NCBI GenBank assembly: GCA_964016885.1
Contig: OZ024745.1
Coordinates: forward strand, 34,844,001 to 34,908,000
Source: Eledone cirrhosa
Lineage: Eukaryota
Length of the DNA stretch: 64,000 nucleotides
Direction: 5' to 3'
Shown here: positions 19,150 through 34,445 of the stretch, piece after piece
Layout: every line of letters begins with the position of its first letter
How positions within the stretch are numbered: the first letter of the stretch is position 1
Translations under genes and position numbers: made by a program
The notes under the pieces: generated by a model
The model's input: only the letters and a program-made list of their open reading frames with translations
Told to the model about the DNA's origin: nothing
Databases searched by the model: none

Positions 19150-19457
19150 ATAACCATTGCTGTTAATGTCTGCTGTTGTCTGTCGTTTTTGCTCTGCTCT
19201 GTTCTTTTCCCCCAATGATTTCCTTCAAACTAGAACTGATGCTCACAAAGAAGTCCACAAAGATATCAATCCAGTAAATCTAATCATTAATGAAATTATT
19301 TATATAATGCTTTCTTTATTGAGTTGATGTAAAGATAAATCACATGTGTGTATGTTTGTGTGTGTATATAGGCTTTGTCTGCATTTAATGAGTGTGTCTT
19401 TATGTATGTATTGCTTATTCATATACCACATCAATTAAACACATACATGCATGTGTG

Positions 19458-19511
<54 letters not shown>

Positions 19512-19517
19512 TACACA

Positions 19518-19577
<60 letters not shown>

Positions 19578-20439
19578 TGTGTATCTGTATGTGTGTGTAT
19601 GCACATACAACAATAGTTGAATAATATACCTACACGTACAACTATATAAACATTCAAACAAATGTGTTTATATATAGTTATATAGTTATATATATAAGTG
19701 TATATGTGTGTCAGTGTCTGTGTATGTATGTATCATCATATGTGTGTCATTGTCTGTGTATGTATGTCAGTATGTGTGTATGTATACATACATGTTTCGA
19801 TGCTGGCATGGGTTGGATGAGATGTTTTGAGGCAATTTTTCAATTTCAAATGCACATTCTATTGCCAGTCCATCCTTTATTTCTAAGTATGTTATATACT
19901 GCTCATTTGTTTATCAAATCACTTCACAGGAAGACATTGTTTATGCTGGTCACCATTTGCTTTAAATTGTTGATTTGAAAATGTACAGGTAGACTGATAC
20001 ACACACATAAGAATATACAACTAAAACATATACATACATACACTCATACATACATATATGCACCTGGCTTCCTCACAAACTCTGTCTACCAAATCTACTC
20101 ATAAGATATTGCTTGACTTTAAGCTATAGTTGAAGAACTTGCCTAAGGTAGCATGCAGTGGAATAGTACATAAAATCATATGATTACAAAGCAAACTGCT
20201 TATCTACAGAAACATGTATATATATATGTGTGTGTGTGAGTGTGTGTGTGTGTGAGTGTGAGTGTGTGTGTGTTTGTGAGTGTGTGTGTGTGTGTGCTTG
20301 TTATACATGCTATCTTCCAGGTGATGTACAGTAAAGGGCCCAAGACTGACCTAAGCCATTTTGAGAAAGGAGGAAGTTTATTCATTGGGCCAATAACTGA
20401 ACTACCATACAAAGCATCACAAGAAGTTGTACTTTGCTT

Positions 20440-20746
20440 TGTGGTTATCGTATTTGGCTCACAATCGTAAGGTTGTGAGTTCGATTTCCAGCAGCGCATT
20501 GTGTCCTTGAGCAAGGCACTTTATTTCATGTTGCTCCAGTCCACTCAGCTGACAAAAATGAGTTGTACCTGTAATTTGAAGGGCTAGCCTTGTTGTGTTC
20601 GGTGTTACGCTGAATCTCCCAGAGAACTATGTTAAGGGTAGTCGTGTCAGTGGAATGCTCAGCCACATGTACATTAATTTCACAAGCAGGTTGTTCCGTT
20701 GCTCAGATCAATTGGAACACTCATCCACGTAACTGATGGAGTACCA
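20440..20746 (+). mobile_element. tRNA-derived SINE, second family; degenerate copies at ~2455-2720 (+) and ~28860-29195 (-)
   Basis: gtgagttcgatt box B; tgtgtccttgagcaaggcactt; shared 3' block tgctcagcca..ttaatttca..agcagg..gttc. Confidence 0.75.
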
Positions 20747-20764
20747 TTCATTCATATATATGTA

Positions 20765-21622
20765 TACTAGCTGAGGTACCCGGTAATACCCGGGAGTGGG
20801 GGTATTCCCAGTTCCCATTAAAATGCCTAATGCCTCTTAGACCAAAAATAAATGTTACAGCAAGCAGAGAATATTAAGTTGATTTATGGAGAACATTTTA
20901 AGTCCACAACAGCTGGAGCCAAATTTCGCTCATCAGTTGATCGAAAATCAGCTTACGCTTTGCTCGAGTGGTCTGGATAATATTAACATAAAGCCATCCT
21001 TAGCACATAATGTATCCTTAGTATATAATCTATCTGTGTTTCAAGTTTGAAGGATAATGGTTGAGAGCTTTAAAAGTTATGGCAGAAAGTAACATTCATA
21101 TGAGCATTTGCATACAAATTTCCTATCCATTTTTAAAAATCGATGCAGACTGGAAATTATCGATTTTTTTAAACTTCAAAGTACCTAAAAAATCAAATGG
21201 GCATGAGCACCACATATGTGTCAAGTTTCATCAAGGTTGGTTTGGTAGTTTTTGAGTTTTAGGTTCACAAACAAATCCACAAACAAACACACACAAACAG
21301 ATAGAAATTGCCAAATATGTATATAGATAGGGGATTTAACCCCCATTAGGGTGTCTTAATATTATTGAAATTTTCTGAAATTTTGTGAATAGGCAACATA
21401 TCTTCTCATTAACCTATGGTTTAAATTTCATATAAATCGAAGAGAAAAAGTTTTCAGCGGGGGTTTGTGCCCCCAGAGAACCCTTTGATTAACTTGAAAT
21501 ATACGCAAGAAATCAAATGGGCATGAGAGCCACAGGCATGTCAAGTTTCATCACGATTGCTTTTGTAGATTTTGAGTTTTAGGTTCACAAACAGATAGAA
21601 ATTGCCATTTATGTATATAGAT
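20765..21622 (+). mobile_element. Non-autonomous Helitron/Helentron (DINE/HINE-like) element with duplicated 3' module
   Basis: 5' tactagctg..acccggtaatacccggg; module aaatcaaatgggcatgag..tcaagtttcatca..acagatagaaattgcca..tatatagat at ~21190-21328 and ~21510-21622. Confidence 0.6.
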
Positions 21623-21677
21623 ATATAATAAAATAAAACAAGTACGAGTAGTTACTCCTTCATTACATTTATTGGTT

Positions 21678-21762
21678 GGTGACGCGTGTTTCACCACTGA
21701 TCAGCTCAAGGTTCGATCTGTATTGATTTAGCCAGACTCTGTAATCCACGGCTCATCAGACC
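21678..21762 (-). ncRNA. Type-I hammerhead motif with long stem-II insert
   Basis: GGU-CUGAUGA-GCCG...UGGU-GAA-AC(ACGC)GU-C-ACC on the reverse complement. Confidence 0.55.
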
Positions 21763-21894
21763 CCTTTTAATGGTAATGAAAATATTATTATTATAATACA
21801 CTCTGTCTAGCTCTACACCTCGACATAGAAGTGAACCTAAACATTGAGTGCTCACCTAGGTGAACCTACAATAACTCCACATTACACCCCATGG

Positions 21895-21926
<32 letters not shown>

Positions 21927-22160
21927 ATGTGTGTATGTGTGTGTGTGTGAGTGTGATTATAGTGTAATACTTCACTATTTTCCTTGGTAAGATGAGAGAA
22001 GATCTATGCACATTACAGTCCGTAGTTCATCAGGAGTTTAAAGTGGACGATTAAGTTATCAACATTTAAATATTCCGTTTTTAGGGACTGTTCGGGTAGC
22101 AGAGCATTAAATTTTAATATTAGAAAAAAATCAAGGATATGAAATTATACTCATTCCTTC

Positions 22161-22256
22161 ATTTCTACATACGTTTCAATATGATTATAATGTTACATGC
22201 ATTTGTGGAACAACTGGAAATTATTGTTACATACAAACCATAAATCTTCAGGAAAC
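22161..22256 (-). ncRNA. Type-I hammerhead motif with long stem-II insert
   Basis: GUUUC-CUGAAGA-uuUAUGGUU...AAUCAUAuu-GAA-AC(GUAU)GU-A-GAAAU on the reverse complement. Confidence 0.55.
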
Positions 22257-22778
22257 TTACATATAATAAATAAGATATAAATGAGGTTTAATGTCACAGG
22301 GTTTAAAGAATAAACAAACAATATAAAAAAAAACATTTAGCATAAAAGCAAGCAATAAGTTTTAAAAGCATGTTATGCAGATGGAATTTTTTTTAAAAGC
22401 CATGCAAGACTATATGTCTATTTGTGATTTCTATATCACTAGATTGCAGTGAATGTGTGTATGTGTATACATATGATTATATATATAGACGTACTCACAT
22501 ATTTGTGCTAAATAATTTTGAAGAACTGAGACCTAAAGACAAAAGTGTAGAATCAAATAACTTTATTCAAATCTTGGATTAACCATCAATCACATTAGTA
22601 CTGTCAGTTTCACCATCTTTTGTTTCAATGGTCAATGATATTAACAAACCTTCATTGTGTGAAAATTGAGACAATAATGGATAAGAATGTTTACTTCAAA
22701 TAATTCTTCAGTTATCCTCAAGACATATAGTTCTGTACATACATATACCTATTTTGAAATTTAAACATCTAAAAACAC

Positions 22779-23285
<507 letters not shown>

Positions 23286-23379
23286 ATACTTTGGGAGGGT
23301 CATGTTGCTAAACAAATTCAGAAACGATATATATATATATATATGCTTACAATTGAATATAGCAATGATGCAAAGAAAA

Positions 23380-23442
<63 letters not shown>

Positions 23443-24089
23443 GTGTGTGTGTGTTTCTGCTTGTAAGTGCTCTTTGCAATCATGAAATTAATACCAAAGA
23501 TAAACAACTATTGTTATTACTGTAAATATATTTACATTTTAAAAATTTTTATATTTAAAATATTTAATATTTAAAATATTAAGTACAGTGCTTTTCTGGG
23601 GTTTAACATTTTATGATTCTTTTTTTTAAATATTATCTCTTAGCTAAAAGTGATTTCAGAAACTAGAGTTGTCTCATGTGTTAGAAAATAACAAAATAAA
23701 AAAAAGGAAAGAATGCCTGTATCTAAATGTGCTTTTAGTAGTTTAAATTAAATATTTGTGGATGTTGATGGTGGTGATATATATTTTACAGAAGCATAAA
23801 TTTAAACACATCAGTGATAATTTACAAACTATCTGAGATAAACTTCTCTGTCTTCTCCATTTTTATTGCAACATTTACAGAAGGAAGGTAGAAAAATATC
23901 ATTAAGTGATAAACCAGTAGATGGTGAAACTGATAGTTGCAAAGTAATCTATGATTAATTTTGACACACACATACATTTGTGTGTATGTGTGTGTGTGTG
24001 TGTTTCTGTATGCATTTATGTGTAGGTGTTGTTTGCAAGGTTTCTTCATATTAATGTTTCTGAGTTTGAGATGAATCATTGATCCCTAA

Positions 24090-24870
24090 ATCAGTGTAGT
24101 TGTGGAGATGGTACTTGTCCCAAAAATGGTTGTTGAGTTTTTTTCATTTCTTTTGGATCCGATTTTCTTCACCTTGGTGTTGAATGTTATCTGCAGTAAT
24201 GGCTCCTTCTCTTCATACCTATTCCCAGCACTTATGACCATCAATTACATTTTCTCATTTGTTAGGTTAGATGTTGAATAAGCTCATGATCATATTGACA
24301 GATATACAAAAGTGTTTATTAGGTGTGCCCCTTGGGTGGTGATCATCTGTCAGTTTACTGTAGAGGAATTATTTGGACATTCTTGTGTATGACATTTCTT
24401 TTTATATGACCTAGCCATTGGAATTCGTGTTTTTCAATGAGGCTTATATTATCAATATAATCGTTGTTTTATGACATTGTCACTCCATTTGATGTTCAGG
24501 AATGATTACAGATTTATTTGATGACACTTTTTGTGTTGACATATTTGATGCTGATAAGCAGTCCAAATCTCATGATCATAGAGAGCAATGTGGAAAGCAT
24601 AGCCTATTACTGCAAAATATTTGATTTGAGAATCACTTTGCAGCTGTGAAAAATATGCTATGAGAGGTGGTCAAAGCCATTGTGGGCTGCTTAATAGTTG
24701 GCTGGTGATGACATTTTGGAGGACTAAAGCATTGGGCAAGGTGCTACCAAGACAGGTGACAGATTAAACATCTTCAATTAGTTCATTATGGTTTATAATC
24801 TCTTGCTACTGCAAGTAGATGTTGAGTTTGGGTCTTCATCTTCGCTATGTTAACAATGGAATCAGACATC
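24090..24870 (-). mobile_element. Degraded LINE RT C-terminal remnant
   Basis: Reverse-strand LGSTL-like and WLGH-like motifs; heavily decayed. Confidence 0.5.
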
Positions 24871-25104
24871 TCATATGAACAAATAAATTTATTGAAGATA
24901 ATTTGTAAATCACATTTGGTTAAAGCTCAAACAACATAGGTTTGAGATATATTTGAATTTTGTTTTAGAATTTATTGAAAACTTTTATGAATCTCAGCTT
25001 TTTTCAGATATTGGAGATTCAACATCCACATATAATGGCTCATTGTTCTTCATGAGTCTTCTTTATTTACATTTGAGTCTCATTCATAAATGAAATAGAA
25101 TGAG

Positions 25105-26735
25105 CTGATGGTTTCATGACTGTCATTTCAGTGTATGCATCTGCTCTGGATAGTAGCCAGGAATCAATCATGGCGTTTTACCAAGATTTAAGGGGATGTA
25201 TAACATCCATTCTACATTCAGACAAGATCATGCTTCTTGGAGATTTCAATACACATGTGGGGAAGGACAACCACATCTGAAATGTTTTAGGATGTAACAG
25301 CATGGACAAGATGAATGCCAATGGTCTTCTGCTTTTGCAATTATGCACCAAGTTTGAGCTGGTCATGTGCAAAAGGAGATCCACAAGGCAACATGGATAC
25401 ACCCGAGATTCAAACACTGACACATCTTGGATTATATTATCACCAGGAAGAGAGACCTCCAGGATATCTGCTCTGTAATAGTAATGCATGGTGCAGAATG
25501 TGGTACAGACCACAAACTTGTATGTGGCAAGATGAAAGTGCAAATCAGAGGAAAGGTGAGAGCAACAGTGGTACAAGTGCCAAAACGTAGAGATGTATCA
25601 AAACTGCAAAGTTTAGAAATGTGAGATACTCTTCATAATGCACTTGACAACATTGTCATTTTAATAGAGCTTGGAGACAGTTTAAAACACAGGTTTACCA
25701 TGCTGGGGTGATGCATTCAGTCTTAAAAAGACAAAACACAGAGACTGGTATGATGACGATGATGATGTAATCACCATGCTCATTGAAGAGAAGAACAAGC
25801 TGTATGAGAAGTGCCTTGTTGCAGAGAGTCCAGTGAGGACCACTTTTGAGAAGGTCTTCAAAAAAGCAAAATCAAAACTGCAATGAAAAACAGGTGGTCT
25901 GAAGTTTCAGCAGAGATGCAGAGAACTTATATTTTCAGAAACCTGAAGGCATTATACAGCACAAAAAGGCAAGTTTTGGGCCCAGGTTTGGATGGAATAC
26001 CTGTTGAGCTGATCCACTTTGAGGAGACAATGTTGTTATGACCATTCATCGATTTGTCTTATCTGTATGGCATGGTGAACCTCTCCTGCAGACTGGGTAG
26101 ATGCAATTTTACTGTCAATTCACAAGAGCAAGGGATACAAATCTGAATGTAAGGATTATTGTGGTATATCTGCTTGAATCAGCAGGAAAACTCTTATCTA
26201 AGGTCTTGCTGAATCATCTAATAAAATAGATCTGCTCTGATGCCATCTCTGAGACCCAGCATGGATTTAGAGTTGGGCATGATTTTCTCACCCCACCAGC
26301 ATAAACCAAAGAAGCAGTTTAGGGATGTAATAAAAGACAATCTTAAAGCTCTGTAAATTTATATGGAGAATCAGGAGGCATTGGTTGAAGGCTATATATC
26401 ATGAAGAATGATCATCAAGTATGGATGCGATGTATTTGAGAAAAAGTGAGTGGAGCGTGCTGCTTTGAAGTGTTCACTCAGTAAAGGGGATCCAAGAATT
26501 GAGTTGTAATATATGTGAAGGATTTCTCAACCATCTGAAGTCAAACGAACCAGGGAGAAATCGTGTCACTTATGATCTGGTTCCATAACCATCCCCTCCA
26601 CAGTACATTTGCAATGAGTGTGGCTTAATTTACTAATAAGGTAATGGATTGAGAAAACATGGTAGAATGTATGAAGTCCCACCCCAGCTGGTAATGCCAG
26701 GAGACAGACAGCTCAAGTAACACCTCTGTCAACAT
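25105..26735 (+). mobile_element. Old, degraded RTE-type LINE (APE endonuclease and partial RT)
   Basis: VISVYA..FYQDL..MLLGDFNTHVG..NANGLLLL..DYIITR..TDHKLV; many stops. Confidence 0.8.
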
Positions 26736-26851
26736 AGGACCCAACTCTTTATAATATAACCATACTCTACCAAGTATCGAGTACTCTGTTGAGTAATGAT
26801 CTAACCAGTTTCAAACTGAATCCATCCTGATATATATGTGTGTGTGTGTGT

Positions 26852-26892
<41 letters not shown>

Positions 26893-28629
26893 TGTGTGTA
26901 TGGGCACACATTAAATTTATCATTCATGCTTTATGACTTCAGCACAAACGAAAATGTCAATGTAAAGAGCATCAGAATTCTTCCATCCACGTGGATGGTG
27001 GTAATGATCTCAGTAACATCATATCTGATGAGGTCACCTTTGTAATCAAACTTATCAATTACTTCACACATCAAATGTTATGCCACTTAAAAATGTATGC
27101 TGTTGTCAGTGCATTCTTTTTATATGCAGTAACTTACAACCTATAACTTTATTAGGATATCTGCAAACACCATTTACATAAGCTCGTTCTTTAAAGCATT
27201 GTTTAGCTTTCTTAAATAACAGTTACTATATAACAGTGTGTTATTCTATGTAATATTATATTACTCTAGCTCAAGCAGAATACATTACTAGTACTTACAA
27301 AGAAATGACTTTGAAGTAAGTATTTCCTCCTTTTCTTGTGATGATATTCCTTTACATCTATTGTGAAAGATAGCTTCAATGAGTTACACTAACATCCTGT
27401 CTACATAAGTTTTTAAATATGTTCATGTTTGATGTGAGAGCAGGTTTCAAATCTAACAGCTTCTTTGATATCAAACACAATGCATATATATATTGACTGT
27501 ATTAATATGGACCTTCATATTATACTTAATATTGTGAAGCAAGAAACATTAATTAATTAAATTTACACTTGTACTGTGGGTAAAGAATCCTTAACTTAAT
27601 GATCAATTCTCATGAAGAAATACATAGAAGACAACACTAGTGTTTTTATTAATTAAAATCTATTGAAATTCCAATGTGGACAATATATTGAGAGGTGAGT
27701 CTGATCTTGGCAAAGTATAGCTTTACTTTTTACATGTGTGTTGCAGAGAAAGAAGTGTTACCTTAATGACCAATTCTAGTAATGAAAAAAAAGAGTGACA
27801 ACTCAAGGGAGTTTGATTTTTGGAGGTGTGGTGAAAACTCCAGACATGTTTCAGTCTTATTAGACCTCCTTATTCAAGTATAGTCTTTACCAATACTAAC
27901 ACACAAAAATGAGAGATGTTTAAATTTTGTTACTAAGCACTAAGTGGCATGACAACATAAAAAAAGAACTGGAGAAAATTACCAATAGTAATGGCTGAAT
28001 GTTTATGAAATTTATTTCACAATTCTGAGGTTTCAGGTTCGATTTCATTGCATAGAAACTTGAGCAAGTATCTTTATCATAGCGTCAGGCTGACCCAAAT
28101 CTTGTGAGGGAAATTAGAGAGATTAAAACATTGTAGGAGCATACCAGATGGGTTATACTTCTAATTCAAAGTTCCAGTTTTGTTACACATTGAGTCACAC
28201 TAATTCATCATCATCATCATCATCATTTATACATCCATTTTCCCATGGGTCCTACTCAGCACAGCATCTCTCCACATACTGCATTTCTTTGTCATTTTCT
28301 CTGTGAGTCTTAACAACATGTTTGGCAACATTTTTATTTAAATGATACATTACAATAGCTTCAATAACATTTACATCAAATATACATAACAACTTCTATA
28401 ACATTTATATAAAAAATATATTACAACAGCTTCAATACCATTTAATTCTGAGATACAAAAGCTTGACTTAAGATTACACAAAATATAGATAACAGCAAAT
28501 GGTGTAGCAATTACACAAAAGGACATGATATCTTAACTAATAATTACATAAAATATACATCACAACACTTTCTGTAGCAATTACATAAATAAATGATGCA
28601 TCACAACATATTAAGTAGAATAAACATCA

Positions 28630-28831
28630 TATGAGCACTGGCTGAAAAGTTCATAAGCAGACCAAGATACTCTCATGGAATGACCAAATGAGGTTTATTT
28701 TCAATATAATCCCTGGAAAAAGAAACAATGCAGTTGTTAATAAAAAGAGTTGAAATTAATGCATGCAAATTTTACAGCTCTAGCATCTCTCCTTCATAGT
28801 CAGTCTATGAACTTCTCAGCCTGTCTTTGTA
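28630..28831. mobile_element. Mariner-like MITE
   Basis: Inverted ends ggctgaaaagttcata / tatgaacttctcagcc. Confidence 0.5.
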
Positions 28832-29352
28832 TATAACACATCTCCTATTTAAAACAAGCTAAATGAATCTCCTTCGATGATAAGAGTTCCAGTTGTTTGG
28901 TCTACTCATTAAATTATGAATACATGGTTGAGTATTTCGCAGACATGTGTATGCTGAATGTAATTTTCAGGGAAGTTCAGCATGATACCGTGTGTGACAA
29001 ATCTGGCACTTTAGATAATAGTTACAGCCCATCAAATGGACTTCCAAGCAAATAGACTCAGAAGGATTGACCCGAGCCAAGATAATGGTACAATAAAAAT
29101 ACAATGTTCTGGTAAATATACACATTACAGTAGCTTCACAGTGGGATCGAGCCCAGAACCTCAAGGTTGTGAGGCTAATTTACGAACCATTTGGCCATAT
29201 ATGTTTCCATACAACCTAAATATCAATTACATATAAAATATATTACATCTAGAATGCAATTTCATCAAAAATATGTTATAGCATGTACAATAACAAATAT
29301 TTTCAAGAATTTTATATCTAATACATTATATTTGTGTTTATTTAATTTTCAG

Positions 29353-29368
29353 TTTGGTGAAGTGTGAG
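29353..29368 (+). other. Candidate 16-nt microexon
   Basis: tttaattttcag|TTTGGTGAAGTGTGAG|gtaagt; consensus sites 212 nt upstream of the pore exon. Confidence 0.3.
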
Positions 29369-29580
29369 GTAAGTTTGGTTCTATGTACCTGCTGATACAC
29401 ACTTCTGTATTTGTACAAGAGAAATGTTTAATTACATTTTAACACCTTTCTTATGTCAAATTACTTTCATGTTTGATCCACTTGATTAATTTTGTATATT
29501 GAAATATAATTGACATTTAATTAATATTGATTATTTTGTTTCTTTTCTATTCCTTTATTTTTCCTTTTATACCCTGATAG

Positions 29581-29799
29581 AAAGCACATTGGGCCGAGCA
29601 ATATACTTGGGCTCTTTTCAAGGCTTTATCACACATGCTGTGTATAGGGTATGGCCGGTTTCCACCGCAGAATATGACTGATACCTGGCTCACAATTCTT
29701 AGTATGCTTAGTGGTGCCACCTGCTACGCACTATTCTTAGGTCACACAACAACACTTATACAGTCATTTGACACATCCAGGAGACTCTACAACGAAAAG
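29581..29799 (+). CDS. HCN: HCN exon: pore helix, CIGYG selectivity filter and S6 ([73 protein letters not shown])
   Basis: Long polypyrimidine tract ending ...ctgatag; AAG|gtaatt donor; 219 nt, phase 0/0; SHMLCIGYG is diagnostic of HCN. Confidence 0.97.
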
Positions 29800-31239
29800 G
29801 TAATTATATCCTAATTCTATTAGATTCTAATTAACTAATTAATTAACTGATTAATTAAAATTATCATGATTACTTCTATAGGGATTTATCCATTTCATGT
29901 TATTTTCAGTTAAAGAAAAAAAAATTTTACATATATTTCTGTTTCATTTAGCAAGATAGTTTTGATAAGTTGTATTTTATGGCAGCACCAGAAATGAACT
30001 TAAAAGTACCTAAATAACTTAAAATCAGGCATCATTTACACAAATGTCACCAGCTCCACATAAGCTGAGTCCAGTATTGATTTTTATGTGTGAATATATG
30101 ACTGCAAATATAAGACAATTTGCATGCATTTAGATATGTTTATGTATGTGTGCTTACTTTATAGAAGTGTATTCTATATAACAATTCAGAGAATATGTTG
30201 TGTTGTGTTTTTTTTAACTAAGGGTGATTTTTTTAATGATCTCAATTTGGTTTTCCTTTCATAAAACCTACTCTGGATTGAAGTGGCTTGGCAGAATCAG
30301 TAGAGCTTCAGACACAATGCCTTGTTGTATTTAATTCTGACATTTTATTATATCCACCCTAGATCCCACATGTCTTCTATTGGGGAGATCATTGTCCATT
30401 CAGGCAGGAGACACCATTTACTTTCTTATCTTTAATATGTAACTAAAAAAAAAATCACTTTGAAATGATTGGCTGCCAATTCACCTCATGTTTCTGGTCT
30501 AAGTTCAAATACAATCTTGGTCAACTTTGTTTTTCATTCTTCTTTGATCAATAAAATAGGGTATCTGTCAATTACTTAAATTAATGTAAGAGAAAAAAAA
30601 AAAAAAAACTACAGATGAGGAGCCGAAATGAATCTTCTTAGTATTACTTGCTCCTTAAGGAAAAATGCAGTTGTAAAACTCAAAAGCTACAGTGAACCAA
30701 AAAACCCAAGTATTGTTAGCTTTGAAAGATGAAATGATGTCACATAAATGCAGGATATGTTAGTTGTAATTGATAGCAGATGATGTTGATAAGCTTACTA
30801 ATACACACACACATATATACACATATATCTATATACATATGTGTGTATGTGATTATGTGTGTAAGATTTATGCATTTGGATTTACAAATGAGAGAAATAA
30901 GTCTACAATACATGAAGCTTCTCTAAGTCACACACTTCTATTCTCTTCACTTGTTATCATGCTTCTCCTAACAATGATTTTCCATAATGGCATTGACATA
31001 TGACATGAAATTATATACTTTCAAAATATATTGGGATTTTTGTTATTTTTGATTTCCTTCAAGTCAAAAAATTCTTGGTTAATTTTATATAGTGAATAAT
31101 TTAGCTGTCCTGTTCCAATTATCGATTTCTGCTTGTTGAAAATACCATAAGGATGAAACCAATTTGGTCCAGGAATTTTTAAATATATTTTTTATTATAA
31201 AGAATTATTTATTCTCTACTTCTTGTATTGTGTAAAAGT

Positions 31240-31950
31240 ATGACATTAGAAACTAAATTAGAAGTATTATGGAGATTCAATGATGGACAGCAAGGTGTTG
31301 TTATTGGAAGAGCTCTCAGCCTGCAACCAACAATTGAATGAACAATTTGTAATAACAGTGAAAAAAATTAATGCTTGTGCTCAAAGTATAACATTTTTAG
31401 CTGCTGCAAAATTAACTAGGGATAGAACCAGTATAATGGAAAATATGAATAGATGACATCCATTACTGTAACTATACATATTCACTACTTGCCGTACAAA
31501 TGAAAGCTTTAAGTTTATTTGATGACCTAAGGAGAAATAGGGATTATCGTGCTGAAACTGAAAACTTTGTGGTAAATGTTGAGAATCATACAAAATTACA
31601 TAACACAGATAACAGGTATATAACTGCTTTTCCAGCTTTACTGAAAAATATTATTGCTGAAGTAGAATACAGACAGTAGCAGATTTTGAATGTAAATGAA
31701 ACATGCTTGTTTCAGAAACATATCTCAAAACATACATATTTCTAAGGTTCAATGCTGCCAAAGAACTTAAATCTCAGGATATCTAAAACTCAAGCCTGTG
31801 GCTGTTTCATTTTGAGATACCAGTAGCTATGAGCAGCTATGCAAATTCTTATCTTCCTGTCATATGACAATCAAATAAAAAAAGGGGCTAAATCACTAAA
31901 ACAGTGTTCCAAGATTAGTTTACTTCATGTTATACATGCTGTGCAAACGT
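31240..31950 (+). mobile_element. Tigger/pogo transposase remnant
   Basis: TLETKLEVL (CENP-B-type HTH), QILNVNETCLF, GFNAAKE, LPVI*QSNKK; decayed. Confidence 0.7.
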
Positions 31951-32781
31951 GTGTTATTATAATCCACTGATTTACAAATAGCATGCTCGGTTTTTTTCAA
32001 AAGCACTGTGTTGATGAAGAAGTTACAACATGTGCAGACTTAACCAGTTGGAAGAACATCGTCACGAATTGGTACATAGACAGCGAGAGTCTTTTTAATA
32101 ATGAATAATGAGATGGCTATCATCTGATAAGATACATGATGAAGCAATCCTCATGTGTGTTTGTATGTATAAATGTATGTATGTATATATGTATGTGTGT
32201 ATCTATGTATGTATCTATGTATGTATGTATGTGTGTACTCGATAACAAGGGGGCAGCCATCGCATGTATGTATGTATGTTATCTCTTTCTCTTAATTTCG
32301 AGTATATTTTTTTGACCGGCCACCTTCCTGGTGGCAAGGTTGTAAAATGTGTGTATGTATGTTAGTATGTATGTATGTATGTATGTATGCATGTATGTAT
32401 ATGTGTGTCTGTGTATGTATGCATGTATGTATGTGTGTAAGCATGCATGTGTGGCTTCGTGAATGAATGGATGAGTGGATCTGGATATCTCACAGTTCAG
32501 CTCTAATATATTCATGTGTTGTCATCATCTCTGGAACATGCATTAGTAATGTGTTTTTTCTCAGCTAGAAAGAGATAACAAATTAGTGACCAAGTACGCA
32601 GTTATTATTATTAACATTATTATCATTGTCAATCTTATTTTCATTGCATACTGTCACTATATTAGCTAGTCTTGTGCATGAGCAGTATTATATTTATGGG
32701 TGTTGTTTCTACTGTATTTAAAATACCTTACATAATATAAGTGCAGTTCCTAGAAGTTATATTTTCTGTATGTTATATATA

Positions 32782-33085
32782 CAGTGGAACCTTGTTTCAC
32801 AAACAATTTTTCCAAACATATAATTTCTCGCTTTACAAACGGTGTCTCAAGTAACAAACACGCAAGCCAGCAACAACAGTTGGCAACAAGCTTGAAGTAT
32901 CAACAGGAAAGCATCTGTTGCTGTGTATTAGTTACTATGGTGATATCTATGTCTTTCACATGCAGTCTCTCTCTCACTGTATTTCTCTCTCAACATTTCA
33001 TATGGGGAAAAATAGTTTTGGCTTACAAACATTTTGGGTAACAGAATTCAGAAATGAATTAAGTTCATGAACCAAGGTTCCACTG
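32782..33085. mobile_element. Tigger-type MITE
   Basis: TIRs cagtggaaccttg / caaggttccactg with TA on both sides. Confidence 0.85.
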
Positions 33086-33757
33086 TATTTGTAAGTCCTG
33101 TTGTTTAGGTTATGAATCTGTCTGAGAGTTTTTATTATAATATGAACTGATAAATTTTTTAAATGTGTTTTTTCTTGAAAAATATGAAAATTTCGAAATA
33201 TCAAACTCCTGACCACAAACCCAAACTTCTGATTAAATAATAGTGTTTTTTATAATAATGGGATATAACAAACCATGAAATGACACTTAGAACCGGGGAA
33301 CAAAAAAATATGTTACACAGTGTTATTGGCAGAATTGTTAAAGTATCAGTCAAATACTTTGCCTTATTTGTTTCAGATTTTTTGTATTCTGAGTTCAGAT
33401 CTCACTGATGTCAACTTTAATTTCATCCTTCTGAAGCTTAATAAAATAAAGTAGCAGTCATATACTGGGGTTAATATAATCAGCTTTCTCCTTCCAACAA
33501 AATTTCTAGCTTTCTACCTAAATTAAAAACCATTATTATTATTATTATTTCTTTGGTAGTTTCATGCAAGTTTCTACTGCATCAGCTGGTGCACTCTTGT
33601 ATTACTGAAGTTGGTGCAGCATTGTATTTTTGTGAAGATTTGGGAAGTATAGACTCTTCCTGTATCAATCTTGTTGGTTATGTGGGTTAGCTTACAGTTT
33701 CTTGTGTTTTTAGTGTTGATTCTGATGTGTATGGTTATTATTATTATTTTCATCATA

Positions 33758-34310
33758 GGGTGGTGGATTGGCAGTATCAGTAGAGGGTCTGACATGCTTT
33801 CCAACATAGTCATGTCTGAGTTCAAATCCCGCCGAAGTTAACTTTGCCTTTCATCCTTACGGGATCGATAAAATAAAGTACCAGTAATGTACTGGGATAA
33901 TTGCTGGCCTTGTGCCAAAAGAAGAAACAATTATTATTTTCATTATTATTATCATTATTATTATTGGCAGTATCGGTAGAGGATCGGACGCCATGCTTTC
34001 TAGCATAGTTACGTCCCTTTACGATCTGAGTTCAAATCCCGCCGAGGTTGACTTTGCCTTTCATCCTTACGGGGTCGATAAAATAAAGTACCAGTAATGC
34101 ACTGGGTAATTGCTGGCCTTGTGCCTAAAGTAGAAACAATTATTATTATTACAAATGCAATGGATTAGCAGTTTCAGTAGTGTCAGACGACATGCTTTAT
34201 GGCATAGATTTATGTCCCTTTATGGTCTGAGTTTGAATCAGGCCAAGGTCAGCTTTACTTTTCATCTTTATGGGGTTGCTAAAATGTGGTACCATTAAAG
34301 AACTGGTGTT
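33758..34310 (+). mobile_element. Three tandem MetaSINE-type tRNA-SINE copies; an older copy at ~33325-33530
   Basis: gagttcaaatcccgccgaggttgactttgcctttcatccttacggggtcgataaaataaagtaccag (Meta-domain-like) with (ATT)n tails. Confidence 0.85.
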
Positions 34311-34316
34311 GATATA

Positions 34317-34445
34317 ACCTCCCCTCACATTGCAGGCCATGTACTAATGCTAGAATATAACAGACCTCGCCTCACATTGCAGGCCATGTACTAATGCTAG
34401 AATATAACAGACCCCCTCACATTGCAGGCCATGTACTAATGCTCG
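34317..34445. repeat. ~41-46 bp tandem repeat, 3 copies
   Basis: cctcacattgcaggccatgtactaatgct occurs three times. Confidence 0.9.
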
